A stretch of 64,000 bases of DNA from a virus, in the IMG/VR virus record IMGVR_UViG_3300042691_026427, positions 85,249 to 149,248 of that record, one strand, 5' to 3'. The notes beneath the pieces are model-generated. The model was not told the DNA's origin. It saw only the letters and a program-made list of their open reading frames with translations, and made no database searches. Positions 10,185-20,347 of this stretch are shown here, piece after piece. The number at the start of each line of letters is the position of its first letter. The stretch's first letter is position 1. The translations under genes were made by a program, and so were the position numbers.

Positions 10185-13100
10185 TTAATCTACTGAAACA
10201 TTACCAGTCATAAACCAAGTTGAATTATCCACCTTGATCAATGTGGCCATACCTGGGTTGGCAAGATCCCAATAGGTTGCAGTATCCACTCCCGGAACTA
10301 TGATGTTGATAGTTCCGAAACCATCACCGTCAATTGACACTGTGCCGCCACTGTTGTTGATGATTACCACTGTGAATCCAATTGGTAATGGAACATCTTC
10401 ATGGTATGGTACAGCAATTCTAGTTTCGTTATCGGTAATGTAGATATGCTTACCCATATCTTCTAGACTGAGTCTATGATCCGCACCATTGAAAATTGCT
10501 CGTTGTGGAATCTGCTGTGCTGAGCTAGTCTGACGAGTACCATCTGCAAATTCAATAGCACCACCATCACGATCACGGATCTCTGACAAGGTATGATAAT
10601 GATTATCGCCATTGCTAGGATCCCACCAGTTTGATTCAAAGTCCGGATTCCAAGTTTCAAATTCACCTGTGCCAATGTTAGGTGTAAATGCTGTAGCTCT
10701 TGTTGAGTTAATCTTGTCCACATCATAGGCATCCATCATTACAGTCCAAGCACCGTAGATGCCATCACAGTCTCCACTCTTAGGCAGTTTGACCAAGAAA
10801 CCATTATCGTACTCGTTGTCAAAGGCTGTAGTGATTCCTGAAACATAAAGGTGCGTTGCATCTAGATGCAGATTGCGACCTTCACGTAAGTAATCATTCA
10901 ATGACTGTCCGTTGCTACCAATATGTGTGGCTAAAATCTTACGCCATACAACTTCACCGTAGGTGTTCAATCTAACAAGTCTAATACATTGGTTATATTG
11001 GCTTTCACTGAAGCTTTCTATTGCAGCGTAGATGTCACCGTTGGTGTCAACAGCTACTGAACTGTCACTATCATTAGCAACTACATCTCTCTGCCACTTG
11101 ACCGCACCAGTAGCGTCTAGTTTAGTGATCACAGTTCGATTATTATCATTATTATAATGTGACACTGCTATAGTGTTGCCAAGAACTGCTACAGATTTGG
11201 CATAATGGTCATCAAGACTGGTATTTAGAGCCTTGGTCCATTGATGAACACCAGTACTGTTAAATTTACTTACAACTGCACACCAATAGCTGTTTAGATC
11301 CGCACCTGCCGCATTGTTGACAGCAATCATTTCACCTACAGCATAAACGTTGTTGCTGGCATCTACTGCCACGGATCTGTAGCGTTCATTGTCAGTGCTG
11401 CCACCAGCACTGAGTACCTTGGTCCATACAGGAGCAAATGGTACACCCGACGCTGTGCCTACATATACAAATGCTTCACCGTTTATACTTTTTTGTACAG
11501 TCCAAGTTCCTGTGCTGCTGTAGTCCGGTGTTTGATTAGTGGTCTGTACTCTCCAGTGAGTAGTTGGAGCAGATCCTCCAACTGAATCAGTGCCGTTAAC
11601 ACCTCCAGGGCCAGCACCGCTGTTGTCAATTACAATCATTGTGACATCGTTACCGGCAAAGAAGTTTATAACACCACCACCATCACTACCACTAATCATG
11701 GTAAAAGCAACACCCCAGTTGGTTCCATCGGCATCTCGAACAACAGTAACTCTTCCGATAGCACCAGTTGCTTCAAATTTAGCAATAGCACCTCCGGATA
11801 CTGCGTTTAGCGTATCATTCAATGTTGGGTATGTAGATTTTGAGAAAAATGCCTCACCGCTGTAAGCCACAGTAGTTGCAGATAATATTTGGCTACTGGT
11901 TGTACCACCTAGGAACTGTGTGCCTGGGACAGTTAGTACATCGCCTATAACATAGTTTGTACCCGTAGTATCAAACGCATAAACAGAATTAACTATTCCG
12001 GTTGGCTCAAATTGCAATGTCATTGTACAACCACTACCTACGTTGTGGTTGATGCCAGTTCGTCCAGTATACGAAGCAGGCGATACACCGGCTGCTGTTC
12101 CCGCAACAGCGGTGTCAAAACTGTCAATAACGCCACCAGGGTCAATTGCTGAAACTGTAAGGACAGCATCGTTGACACCATCTGCACCGCCCAGTAATGA
12201 TCCTAGCACCTTAAGTTTATGCCCTACTAGATAGTTGGTACTGCCAACGCCATTAAAGGCAACAAGTGAATATGTTCCGTCGCCAACATCGTCGATATCA
12301 AAAGTTACAGTTCCACTACCTTGACGAACTGTAGTAGTCAATCCAGGATAACGATTCACTGAATCAATATTCACACGGGTACCAGTAATGTTAGCGCCAG
12401 CCACATACCAACTGTCAGTAATAGTCTCACCTGGGACATTTGATCTAAGGAATGACAATACACCAACGCCACTGCCTGTAGTGACAGGTGTCACTTGATA
12501 GGATTGATATTCGTCATACTTGCTGCCAACTACTACAATCTTGCCATCACTGAGAAAGTCAAAGTCATAGCCGTATGTGCCTGAATTGTTATTCAAGTCA
12601 CGGACACCTGCGGAATTGACCACACGAGCAGTATCTGGATCAATCTCAACTAGTAAAATATCACTATCATCGTAGATTGCCAATACCACAAGATTTCCCG
12701 TGGTAGGATTAATTTTCATAGCATATATGCCTGAAACATAACCTTCGTCATCGTCAAAGAGTCTAATACTCCACAAGACTTCACCCTGGCTGTTGTAGCG
12801 AGCTACAAATCCTCGCTGGTCGTCCTCCTCCTCGCCGCCTATATAGACATCACCTGTAGTGAAATCTACACAATTAGTACGGACGTCAATGTCATAAGTG
12901 TTGATATTGTTAGGTGGTCCAAATACAGAGAACCAACCCAATTGTGTTTGTGTTAATTGGATGTCGCCATCGTTAGGTATAGTCAATGTGCCATCATTGC
13001 CAAATACATATTCATAAGGTGCTGACTTGATCACTAACTGTGCCAGTTCAGGATCAGCGTAGGTAATTGTAGGAGTAGTAACTACAACATCTGCTGTAAT

Positions 13101-15008
13101 ATCTGCAACTGTTACAGTGACTGGACCACCTTCGACTACTTCCACATCATCTAGGGTTACAAACTTGCCCGGAATACGGCTTTCTTTAACTGTGAATTTT
13201 TCATTGCCCGAACCCACAGTCATTTCACGACCGTCTTGATCAATTTGGAAGGTTATGCTTTCCCAGTATTGTGTATCGTCATAACTAGTATCTGGATCAA
13301 GATTTTTTACTGTGACTTGGACTGCTAACTTGCCGGAGTTGTTGACTGCTAAACTACGTCCCATGCTAGCGCCATAATCAAACACTCCCGGAGCACCTTC
13401 AAAGTTGGCAGTAGTTCTGTTCTGAACAAACTGGTATCTGTCTGCTTCAATATAGCGTTGCCAAAGCACAGCACCTGAAGTAGAATATTTGGCAATGGCT
13501 AGGACATCTTTAGCAGGAGGATCTGAAAAATTGTAGTTATCGTTATCTCTGTTAGGATCTTTCTGTGCTGTGGTTAGAGCACTGAGATAGACATTGCCTA
13601 GACTATCGCAGTCGATACCTGTACCAACTGACGCACAAGGTCCTGGGCCCGCTCTGCGTATCCACTGTGTTACACCTGAGGTGTTGAGTTTTACAATGTA
13701 GACCACAGTTTTAGTATAAGTGTCGGATTGATCGTGTACAATATTGATACGACCGTTGATACTGACAAACACATTACCCTGACTGTCCGCAGTGATGTCA
13801 GCACCACTAGATTCACCTTCTAGGTTGCTTAGTACTCTAGTCCAAACTTCTGTGCCAGTTGTTCCATCAAATTTAGTAACATAGGCAAAAGTTGGTCCAG
13901 GAGGAACAGACCAACCTCCAGTAACAACAAGATCACCGTTAGAGTCTATTTCCATCCCTTGTGGCCTAACAACAAACCCTGGTTCTTCAAGATAAAAAGA
14001 TTTAGCCCATGTTAGCGATCCGTCAGAGTTGGAAATTTTTAGTAGAGCACCGATAGGGTCGTCATTGACGTTTTCTAGGTACCTTGCGGCAATAAAAGTA
14101 TGTGTACCGTTGGTAACTGCTCCTGCTAGTTCTAAATCACTGTTTACGCCCTGGCGAGTTAACCGATAAGCATACGGATCGTTGTTTATTATTTCTACAG
14201 GGGAGTTGGCTGCTATATATAGGGGAGTGGTATCAGTACCACTATTGTATGCTCCTATGCCTAATACTGCGGCAATTGTGGCATAGGTTGTGCCGGTGTT
14301 AGAGCTTTCCTGTAGGCTCCACCCGGTGTTGTCACTGAAATAAGCATAGTCCCCTGAAATAGTTACTACATCAACTGTGTTGCCCCCAAATGTTCCTGAG
14401 GTAACACCGCCGGCGCCTAAATTGAATCCTTCAGTAATTGGTACTAGCACCGAAGGACGATAGTCCTTCTTCCACAGTTCTGCACCCGATGATGTATATT
14501 TGATCGCCTGTAGTCTATCAACACTGGCGTCGCGGCTGAACAATACAATGATGTTGTCATCTGCGTCTATAACGACATCGTGTGACTGATCGATGTCCAT
14601 ATCTTCCTGTATCTCTTTTTGCCAGAGCAGAGTGGCTGAAGAATTAAACTTTGAGATTATTAATCGGTCTACATTGAATGGTCCAGTATCAACTTCGCTA
14701 ATGTGTAAGGTGATTAAATTGTCCTCACTGTCGTAGGCCACTGCTGATGATTCAACACCGTCATCTTCGTTGTTAGAACGATTTACAATGGCAAAGTAAT
14801 CTGTGTTGCCCACTGTGACAGTAACTGCTTGATCGTCTGTAAGTGTGTCGCCGCCAGCGTGTTGTAATCCAGACCAAGCAGTTACACCGTCACCGTATTT
14901 GACCTTGCCGGTGTCGGTTTCTAAACCCGGTTCACCTGCGGCCAAGATTGGATTAGTGTTTAGCCAATTAGCGGCTGTATCTCTGCGTAGTTTGATTCTT
15001 GTTGTCAT
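10185..15008 (-). CDS. Tail fibre/receptor-binding protein with Mtd N-terminal-like domain and beta-propeller repeats
   Basis: 'IKLRRDTAANW...NPILAAGEPGLETDTGKVKYGDGVTAW'; repeated 'K(Y/F)xSSGxxxW' and 'VAVDxxxNVY' blades. Confidence 0.8.
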   Translation of the reverse strand: MTTRIKLRRDTAANWLNTNPILAAGEPGLETDTGKVKYGDGVTAWSGLQHAGGDTLTDDQAVTVTVGNTDYFAIVNRSNNEDDGVESSAVAYDSEDNLITLHISEVDTGPFNVDRLIISKFNSSATLLWQKEIQEDMDIDQSHDVVIDADDNIIVLFSRDASVDRLQAIKYTSSGAELWKKDYRPSVLVPITEGFNLGAGGVTSGTFGGNTVDVVTISGDYAYFSDNTGWSLQESSNTGTTYATIAAVLGIGAYNSGTDTTPLYIAANSPVEIINNDPYAYRLTRQGVNSDLELAGAVTNGTHTFIAARYLENVNDDPIGALLKISNSDGSLTWAKSFYLEEPGFVVRPQGMEIDSNGDLVVTGGWSVPPGPTFAYVTKFDGTTGTEVWTRVLSNLEGESSGADITADSQGNVFVSINGRINIVHDQSDTYTKTVVYIVKLNTSGVTQWIRRAGPGPCASVGTGIDCDSLGNVYLSALTTAQKDPNRDNDNYNFSDPPAKDVLAIAKYSTSGAVLWQRYIEADRYQFVQNRTTANFEGAPGVFDYGASMGRSLAVNNSGKLAVQVTVKNLDPDTSYDDTQYWESITFQIDQDGREMTVGSGNEKFTVKESRIPGKFVTLDDVEVVEGGPVTVTVADITADVVVTTPTITYADPELAQLVIKSAPYEYVFGNDGTLTIPNDGDIQLTQTQLGWFSVFGPPNNINTYDIDVRTNCVDFTTGDVYIGGEEEDDQRGFVARYNSQGEVLWSIRLFDDDEGYVSGIYAMKINPTTGNLVVLAIYDDSDILLVEIDPDTARVVNSAGVRDLNNNSGTYGYDFDFLSDGKIVVVGSKYDEYQSYQVTPVTTGSGVGVLSFLRSNVPGETITDSWYVAGANITGTRVNIDSVNRYPGLTTTVRQGSGTVTFDIDDVGDGTYSLVAFNGVGSTNYLVGHKLKVLGSLLGGADGVNDAVLTVSAIDPGGVIDSFDTAVAGTAAGVSPASYTGRTGINHNVGSGCTMTLQFEPTGIVNSVYAFDTTGTNYVIGDVLTVPGTQFLGGTTSSQILSATTVAYSGEAFFSKSTYPTLNDTLNAVSGGAIAKFEATGAIGRVTVVRDADGTNWGVAFTMISGSDGGGVINFFAGNDVTMIVIDNSGAGPGGVNGTDSVGGSAPTTHWRVQTTNQTPDYSSTGTWTVQKSINGEAFVYVGTASGVPFAPVWTKVLSAGGSTDNERYRSVAVDASNNVYAVGEMIAVNNAAGADLNSYWCAVVSKFNSTGVHQWTKALNTSLDDHYAKSVAVLGNTIAVSHYNNDNNRTVITKLDATGAVKWQRDVVANDSDSSVAVDTNGDIYAAIESFSESQYNQCIRLVRLNTYGEVVWRKILATHIGSNGQSLNDYLREGRNLHLDATHLYVSGITTAFDNEYDNGFLVKLPKSGDCDGIYGAWTVMMDAYDVDKINSTRATAFTPNIGTGEFETWNPDFESNWWDPSNGDNHYHTLSEIRDRDGGAIEFADGTRQTSSAQQIPQRAIFNGADHRLSLEDMGKHIYITDNETRIAVPYHEDVPLPIGFTVVIINNSGGTVSIDGDGFGTINIIVPGVDTATYWDLANPGMATLIKVDNSTWFMTGNVSVD

Positions 15009-15013
15009 TTTGT

Positions 15014-15223
15014 TTATGCTCCGCCACCGTCTATGGTGTTATCTGTTAGTTCGTTGTATACCGTATCAGAGTACCCGCCATCTGCTACTGAATATGCTTG
15101 CCCGTTTATTACAGGCCATGCTGTGCTCCATCTATTCCCAAGCCAGACATAAACTGCTGCGTTGTCAGGAATGTATTCCTGCCCCATTGTGGGTGTTGTG
15201 GGAAATGTGATCGGTGCTGTCAT
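15014..15223 (-). CDS. Small virion-associated protein
   Basis: 'FPTTPTMGQEY...YVWLGNRW...IDGGGA', typical of fibre-associated modules; TAAATA 6 nt upstream. Confidence 0.6.
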   Translation of the reverse strand: MTAPITFPTTPTMGQEYIPDNAAVYVWLGNRWSTAWPVINGQAYSVADGGYSDTVYNELTDNTIDGGGA

Positions 15224-15335
15224 AATATATATTTACTTGTTTTTATTGTTTAGCGTACCCAGTACCAACTAACACCTAGGTTGTTGCTCAATTCATTCCA
15301 AGGTGCAGTTGTAAATCCTGAATTTAATATTAGTC

Positions 15336-18300
15336 TCATAGTGCAGCAATTCTAGTCTTGAAGTTTGCAAAATCAGTACTAGCAGCTACTAAAGTTTTTA
15401 GCTGTGCAATACTTATAGATGCTCCAGTTTGCTGTGTACCATTTGGAAATACTACAGTACCTGTAGTGCCAACAGACACAGTCCATGTACCGTTGGCAAT
15501 TGTAGCAGATTTGTCTTTGACTGGTAGGTACAAGGACCATGCATATCTATTAGTCGATGTTGTTTCTGCAACATCAATACCCACCATCTGATATCCACCG
15601 CTTCTAATATATTCTCTAGTATTGCCTACAATTGTGAACTCTTGATCAAAACCAGGAGCACCTGTTGCTCTAATTTTATTTCCCGGTTTTAGATCATAGA
15701 TAGCTGTTAATAATTCTTTTCCAGGAGTATCAAATGTAAATGTAGAAGTGTTCCATGCAATAGCAACAGCATCTCTAGGACCATAACCTTCTCCGCCAAA
15801 ATATTCTAATTTAGAAACTGCGTCATTACCGTTGACTAACATCTGACCTTCAGAAGATATAGATATTGTGCTGGTTCCTAAATAAATGGTACTAGAACTT
15901 ACATAGATATCCCTAAATCGGTTAGTAGGGCTTCCTAAATCGTATGCAACATCAGTGTCTGGAATAATGTTGCCCGGAACAGTTAAATTACCGGCCGCAC
16001 CAAATTCCCAAATATTATCTGTTACTGGTCCATTAACTGCTCCTGTTGCTATTTGTACAGTGCCGCTACTTGCTGAGAAAGGACTATTAACAATCACCGC
16101 TGCTGCGTTGGTAGTCGATGTAGTAGTGTCACCTATCCATTGTAAGGCAGCATATCCGCCCGTGCCTTGGGTAAGAACACCCACTGCGGTGCCGGTACTG
16201 CCCGCAATAACATCATTACCAGCACCATAAACATCACCAATACGAGTATTGCCGCCAGGTAATGTCAGTACACCATCTGCACCTAAAACTACGCTGTAAC
16301 TACCTGCAGTAATTCTATCTTTATTATCTTCAAGAGTAACTGTTCTACCAGCAAGTTCATCTAAGCCCGCTGTTATTGTTCCAACTGTGGGACTACCTAG
16401 CCAGTCTGCCGGAGTAGTCGGTGTGTAAATACTTCCGCCAGTGCCAGTGACTTCGCTGCCGTTAACTAACAACACACCAGCAGTGTTAATTGCCAGTGTG
16501 CTGCCATTCATATTAATGGTTGAACCGTCAATAGTGATCTCATCTAGGTATGTACCAGGTGCTGGAACTACTACAGGATTTGTGTCTACCCAAGTTCCGT
16601 TGTAGGAAACATAAGTTCTGCCGTCTAAATTATTATACCATAATTTACCTTCTTGACTAGCACTAGGAGCAGTGTCATCAACCGTTACAGGATTTGATGC
16701 ACCACCCAATACACTTTGTCCACTGCTGTTGACAATGTCGCCGCCTGATGGCAGTCTCAGTACTCCACGGTCATCAAACTCAAATACGTATTCGTCATTA
16801 TCCGTATTGGTGCGAATCTCAATGCCGCCTTGGCCGATCAGTTGTATGCGACTTGTAGAAGTTCCTTTGTTATAAATCTCTAGTGGCTGGCCACTTGTTT
16901 GATTTGGTACACTTGGGATAGTAATATATGCGTTGCTTTCGCCGCCTGGATCAAGGTACATATTATAGTAACCCCAACCAGTACCGCTTTGAGCCTTTGT
17001 TCCCAATGTGTTGTCTGATATCTTAAAATCACCTAGATCTGCGGTACCACCGCCTATTTCATACTCAACGTCAGCAGCTTCTGTGCTAACTGTGAATGGT
17101 ATAACTATCCAATCATTGGCTTGAAAGTTGTTGATAGGATTTAGATTACTACCAACATAGGCTCTCATCTGATCTCGCATCTTGGCTGCTACTGTTTGAG
17201 TTAATCCAGCGCCGCCATTGACTACAATGATCCTATCAATTTCACCGTCATCCATTTCATCTACTTCATACTGCGGAGGTTGATAGCCTTGCGGAGCAGT
17301 CAATACATTGCGTAGTATATCATAGTAGGCTGCGTCAATGACTATTGGCGTGCCAGGAAATGAGTAAGTTTGATCACCGTTTTCTTCTACTTCATCTATA
17401 GTGTAGTTAACACCTCGAGTAATACCTGGCAACACCAATTTGCCTGTAACAGATTCACTGATTACAGAATTACCAATAGTAATACTTCCAGGACCTACGT
17501 AGATATGTCTAACTCTGTTTGTAGGACTACCAAGATCTTGTAGGTTGTCTGTGCTAGGAACAAAGTTGTTACTAGCATCAACTGCCCAACTTGCTGATCT
17601 CGAACCAGTGATAGGAGTACCGTTAATTGCGATACCGCCATCAATAACACTCAATGATGTGCCACCTATATAGATAGTGCTTGTACCAACATACAGACTA
17701 CGCCATTGGCTTGATGTAGAACCTAAATCGTATGTTAGATCAGCTGCTGGTAGAATATGATTTCCTACATTTAATAAATCAGCACTAGTGCCACCTGATG
17801 GAGTTACCCACTCAACTGTATCTACATAAGTAGAAGTAGATGTTACTGCTAAAATCTGCCCAAATCGACCACGTGATAACGGTAATTTATATCCTTCAAA
17901 AGAACTGTCACTATTACCTGGATTTCCGCTTCCTTCTGTATCACTTAGACCAATATAAACGCCCTGCTGAGATATACTGAGTAGACCTGAAAATTCTATA
18001 TCTAAAGTTCTTGTATAGTCAGTAAGCGTATTTGAAATTAATGAAACAATATCGCCTTTTAAGTTCAGTGGAGAAAAGGTATTAGTGTCTTTTCGTGAAG
18101 TTATAGTCTGAGGTATAACTACATCTTCATCATAGAACGTTCTTAGCCAACTGTTTCTAGTAACTTCTAGATAATGATCACCGGACGTTAACAAAGTAGT
18201 GCTGGTAGATAAACTGGTAACAGTGGAAATTTGTCCTTGTAATCTTAAAGGTAAAGAAAGATTTCCCAGTATTAAGACTCCAGTTTGTGTGAGTCTCAAT

Positions 18301-19172
18301 TGCGTATCTCCGGATACTAAAGAAACGCCTGCTGTACCAGTGTTTACCAATGACGCTGCTTCAAAATTATTAGCGTTTATCCCAGGTAATTGTAACCATG
18401 CAGACGAATTCTGTATCCCGTTATTATTTGTAATGCTAAAAGAAATTTGATCAGATCTACTAATACTAGCAGCATTGAAAGTAAACCCTCCCAATGGGTC
18501 ATTGCCGTCTACTAACAATTTTCCAGATAGGGGTTCTATACTGATTCCGATACCCTTAATGTATACAGCATCAGACAGATATAATGTGCTCCATCTAAAT
18601 GATTCTTCTCCTAGGTTAAAGATATCAGCTTGAGCTGGAATTATACTGGTATCATTGACTTCTTGGAAAATTCTTGTATTGGTATAATTTCTTATAAGAG
18701 TGTCATTCGCTGCTAATTCAGTTTCAGTAACATATTGCGTTAAAAAGTTAGGAAGATTGATAGATGTAAGATACTGTTGATCATCTAGATAAGTTAATGT
18801 TGGGTATTCTGTTAATTTTAAATCTACATAATTTGTAGATGCAAAATTGTATGTCGATAAATCGGAAACAAATACAAAGGTAGTGTTTACATAATCTATC
18901 TTTGCATAATTTGACAAAGCAACAGTACTACTGGTAATAAATCCATCCGGATTTGTACTAGGATAAGGTGTGTAACCTAATAAAGTTAATAGATCTGTAT
19001 TAGTAAATTCAACAATACCAACCCTGCCATTCCAGCTAGTAACTCCTGCGGCGACAAAATTACTGACCAAACTGTCAAAATTTGAATTTATTTTACTAAA
19101 AGCCGTTCTTAAACTGTCGCCGTCTCCCGAGTTTGCTCCAGAACCTGTGTTTATATAATTGATAATAGCCAT
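15336..19172 (-). CDS. Tail fibre/baseplate wedge-like protein
   Basis: T4 gp9/gp10-like N-terminus 'INTGSGANSGDGDSLRTAFSKINSNF'; repeated 'ILP..D..YDLGS....W..LYV' motifs. Confidence 0.75.
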   Translation of the reverse strand: MAIINYINTGSGANSGDGDSLRTAFSKINSNFDSLVSNFVAAGVTSWNGRVGIVEFTNTDLLTLLGYTPYPSTNPDGFITSSTVALSNYAKIDYVNTTFVFVSDLSTYNFASTNYVDLKLTEYPTLTYLDDQQYLTSINLPNFLTQYVTETELAANDTLIRNYTNTRIFQEVNDTSIIPAQADIFNLGEESFRWSTLYLSDAVYIKGIGISIEPLSGKLLVDGNDPLGGFTFNAASISRSDQISFSITNNNGIQNSSAWLQLPGINANNFEAASLVNTGTAGVSLVSGDTQLRLTQTGVLILGNLSLPLRLQGQISTVTSLSTSTTLLTSGDHYLEVTRNSWLRTFYDEDVVIPQTITSRKDTNTFSPLNLKGDIVSLISNTLTDYTRTLDIEFSGLLSISQQGVYIGLSDTEGSGNPGNSDSSFEGYKLPLSRGRFGQILAVTSTSTYVDTVEWVTPSGGTSADLLNVGNHILPAADLTYDLGSTSSQWRSLYVGTSTIYIGGTSLSVIDGGIAINGTPITGSRSASWAVDASNNFVPSTDNLQDLGSPTNRVRHIYVGPGSITIGNSVISESVTGKLVLPGITRGVNYTIDEVEENGDQTYSFPGTPIVIDAAYYDILRNVLTAPQGYQPPQYEVDEMDDGEIDRIIVVNGGAGLTQTVAAKMRDQMRAYVGSNLNPINNFQANDWIVIPFTVSTEAADVEYEIGGGTADLGDFKISDNTLGTKAQSGTGWGYYNMYLDPGGESNAYITIPSVPNQTSGQPLEIYNKGTSTSRIQLIGQGGIEIRTNTDNDEYVFEFDDRGVLRLPSGGDIVNSSGQSVLGGASNPVTVDDTAPSASQEGKLWYNNLDGRTYVSYNGTWVDTNPVVVPAPGTYLDEITIDGSTINMNGSTLAINTAGVLLVNGSEVTGTGGSIYTPTTPADWLGSPTVGTITAGLDELAGRTVTLEDNKDRITAGSYSVVLGADGVLTLPGGNTRIGDVYGAGNDVIAGSTGTAVGVLTQGTGGYAALQWIGDTTTSTTNAAAVIVNSPFSASSGTVQIATGAVNGPVTDNIWEFGAAGNLTVPGNIIPDTDVAYDLGSPTNRFRDIYVSSSTIYLGTSTISISSEGQMLVNGNDAVSKLEYFGGEGYGPRDAVAIAWNTSTFTFDTPGKELLTAIYDLKPGNKIRATGAPGFDQEFTIVGNTREYIRSGGYQMVGIDVAETTSTNRYAWSLYLPVKDKSATIANGTWTVSVGTTGTVVFPNGTQQTGASISIAQLKTLVAASTDFANFKTRIAAL

Positions 19173-19275
19173 TTGTTTGTCCAGTTATAAGGTATTTATT
19201 CAAAATGTCCAGGTTGCTCTTTGTGCAAATTCATGCTACAATATACGAATCTAAACCAGAAATAAATAGTTCATC

Positions 19276-19797
19276 ATGGGATCAACATTAGTACTTAACA
19301 CCGACGGATCACCAGTTTCCATGCTGCCTTTGAGCGTAATTCCTTGGGAAGAAGCCATTCGTTACATGGTTTTGGACAAGGCTATCGTTCTAGAATGGCA
19401 CGATGACTGGATTGTCCACTCTGCACATTGGGAAACTCAAGTCCCTGCTGTAATCATGCTGAAAGAATACATGAAAAAGAAAGCAGGCGTGCGTTTCAGC
19501 AAAAATAACGTATTTTTACGTGACGGGTATCGCTGTGCCTACTGCGAAACAGATGTTAGCAAGAAAGAAGCTACGTTGGATCACGTGCTGCCAACCAGCC
19601 ACGGTGGTAAAACTACCTTTGAAAACACTGTAACTGCCTGCGGTCCATGTAATGCTAACAAAGGCAATAACAAGAAGATTGTGCCAAAATTCAAGCCAAC
19701 AAAGCCCACATACTTTCAGTTGGTGGAAAAGCGCAAGAAAATGCCGTTTGATTTACAGCACCACAGTTGGGAACAATACTTAGGTGTTAATCGTTAA
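19276..19797 (+). CDS. HNH endonuclease (McrA-like)
   Basis: 'RDGYRCAYC...TLDHVLPTSHGGKTTFENTVTACGPCNANKGN'. Confidence 0.9.
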   Translation: MGSTLVLNTDGSPVSMLPLSVIPWEEAIRYMVLDKAIVLEWHDDWIVHSAHWETQVPAVIMLKEYMKKKAGVRFSKNNVFLRDGYRCAYCETDVSKKEATLDHVLPTSHGGKTTFENTVTACGPCNANKGNNKKIVPKFKPTKPTYFQLVEKRKKMPFDLQHHSWEQYLGVNR

Positions 19798-19820
19798 AAA
19801 GCCCCGCAAGGGGCTTTTTT
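19796..19820. terminator. Bidirectional intrinsic terminator
   Basis: aaaaaGCCCC-gcaa-GGGGCtttttt between convergent genes. Confidence 0.85.
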
Positions 19821-19882
19821 ATTGGCTGTATTTTAATAGATATCCATAAGGATAAACGCATCCTCAATGGAATTTGGCACTT

Positions 19883-20101
19883 TCACTTTGATCTATATAC
19901 TATACGACATTTTGTTAAGTCGTACGGGCTCATTTCTACCTTAACTCGGTCGCCTAACAAAATTTGGATTCTATTTTGTCGCATCTTTCCCGAGATGAAC
20001 CCTAAAACTGCGGAACCTTGTTCCAATCTTACCCTGAACATTGCGTTAGGTAATACTTCTTCTATTTTACCCTCTAGACTGATAACGTCTTCTTTTGCCA
20101 C
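19883..20101 (-). CDS. infA: Translation initiation factor IF-1
   Basis: 72 aa '[33 protein letters not shown]...[22 protein letters not shown]'. Confidence 0.95.
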   Translation of the reverse strand: MAKEDVISLEGKIEEVLPNAMFRVRLEQGSAVLGFISGKMRQNRIQILLGDRVKVEMSPYDLTKCRIVYRSK

Positions 20102-20103
20102 GA

Positions 20104-20346
20104 TTAAACACTTTCTCCTTTTAGTCCTTTGATGACCATTTCCTTAGCTCTCCTATCTAAATCGGCTACTTCAGCCGTGTGTATATTTACTGCCATTTGA
20201 GTCATGAAGTCTTTTATAGCAACCTGGCCTCGATCAGTAAAATAACAATACTCGGGCGATACTTCGCTACGATGATAGTATCGGCTGTCGCGAATCAGCT
20301 CGCAGAAGCCCCCGAACATTAAATTTTTAACAGCTTCTTTGTCCAT
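20104..20346 (-). CDS. Hypothetical protein (80 aa)
   Basis: ATG at 20346 directly after the ligase stop; the longer track ORF overlaps the ligase. Confidence 0.65.
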   Translation of the reverse strand: MDKEAVKNLMFGGFCELIRDSRYYHRSEVSPEYCYFTDRGQVAIKDFMTQMAVNIHTAEVADLDRRAKEMVIKGLKGESV

Positions 20347-20347
20347 A

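Noticed and set aside
10185-15008. Diversity-generating retroelement suggested by the Mtd-like N-terminus
   Set aside because: Only the N-terminal anchoring motif is present; no reverse transcriptase and no TR/VR pair seen in the window
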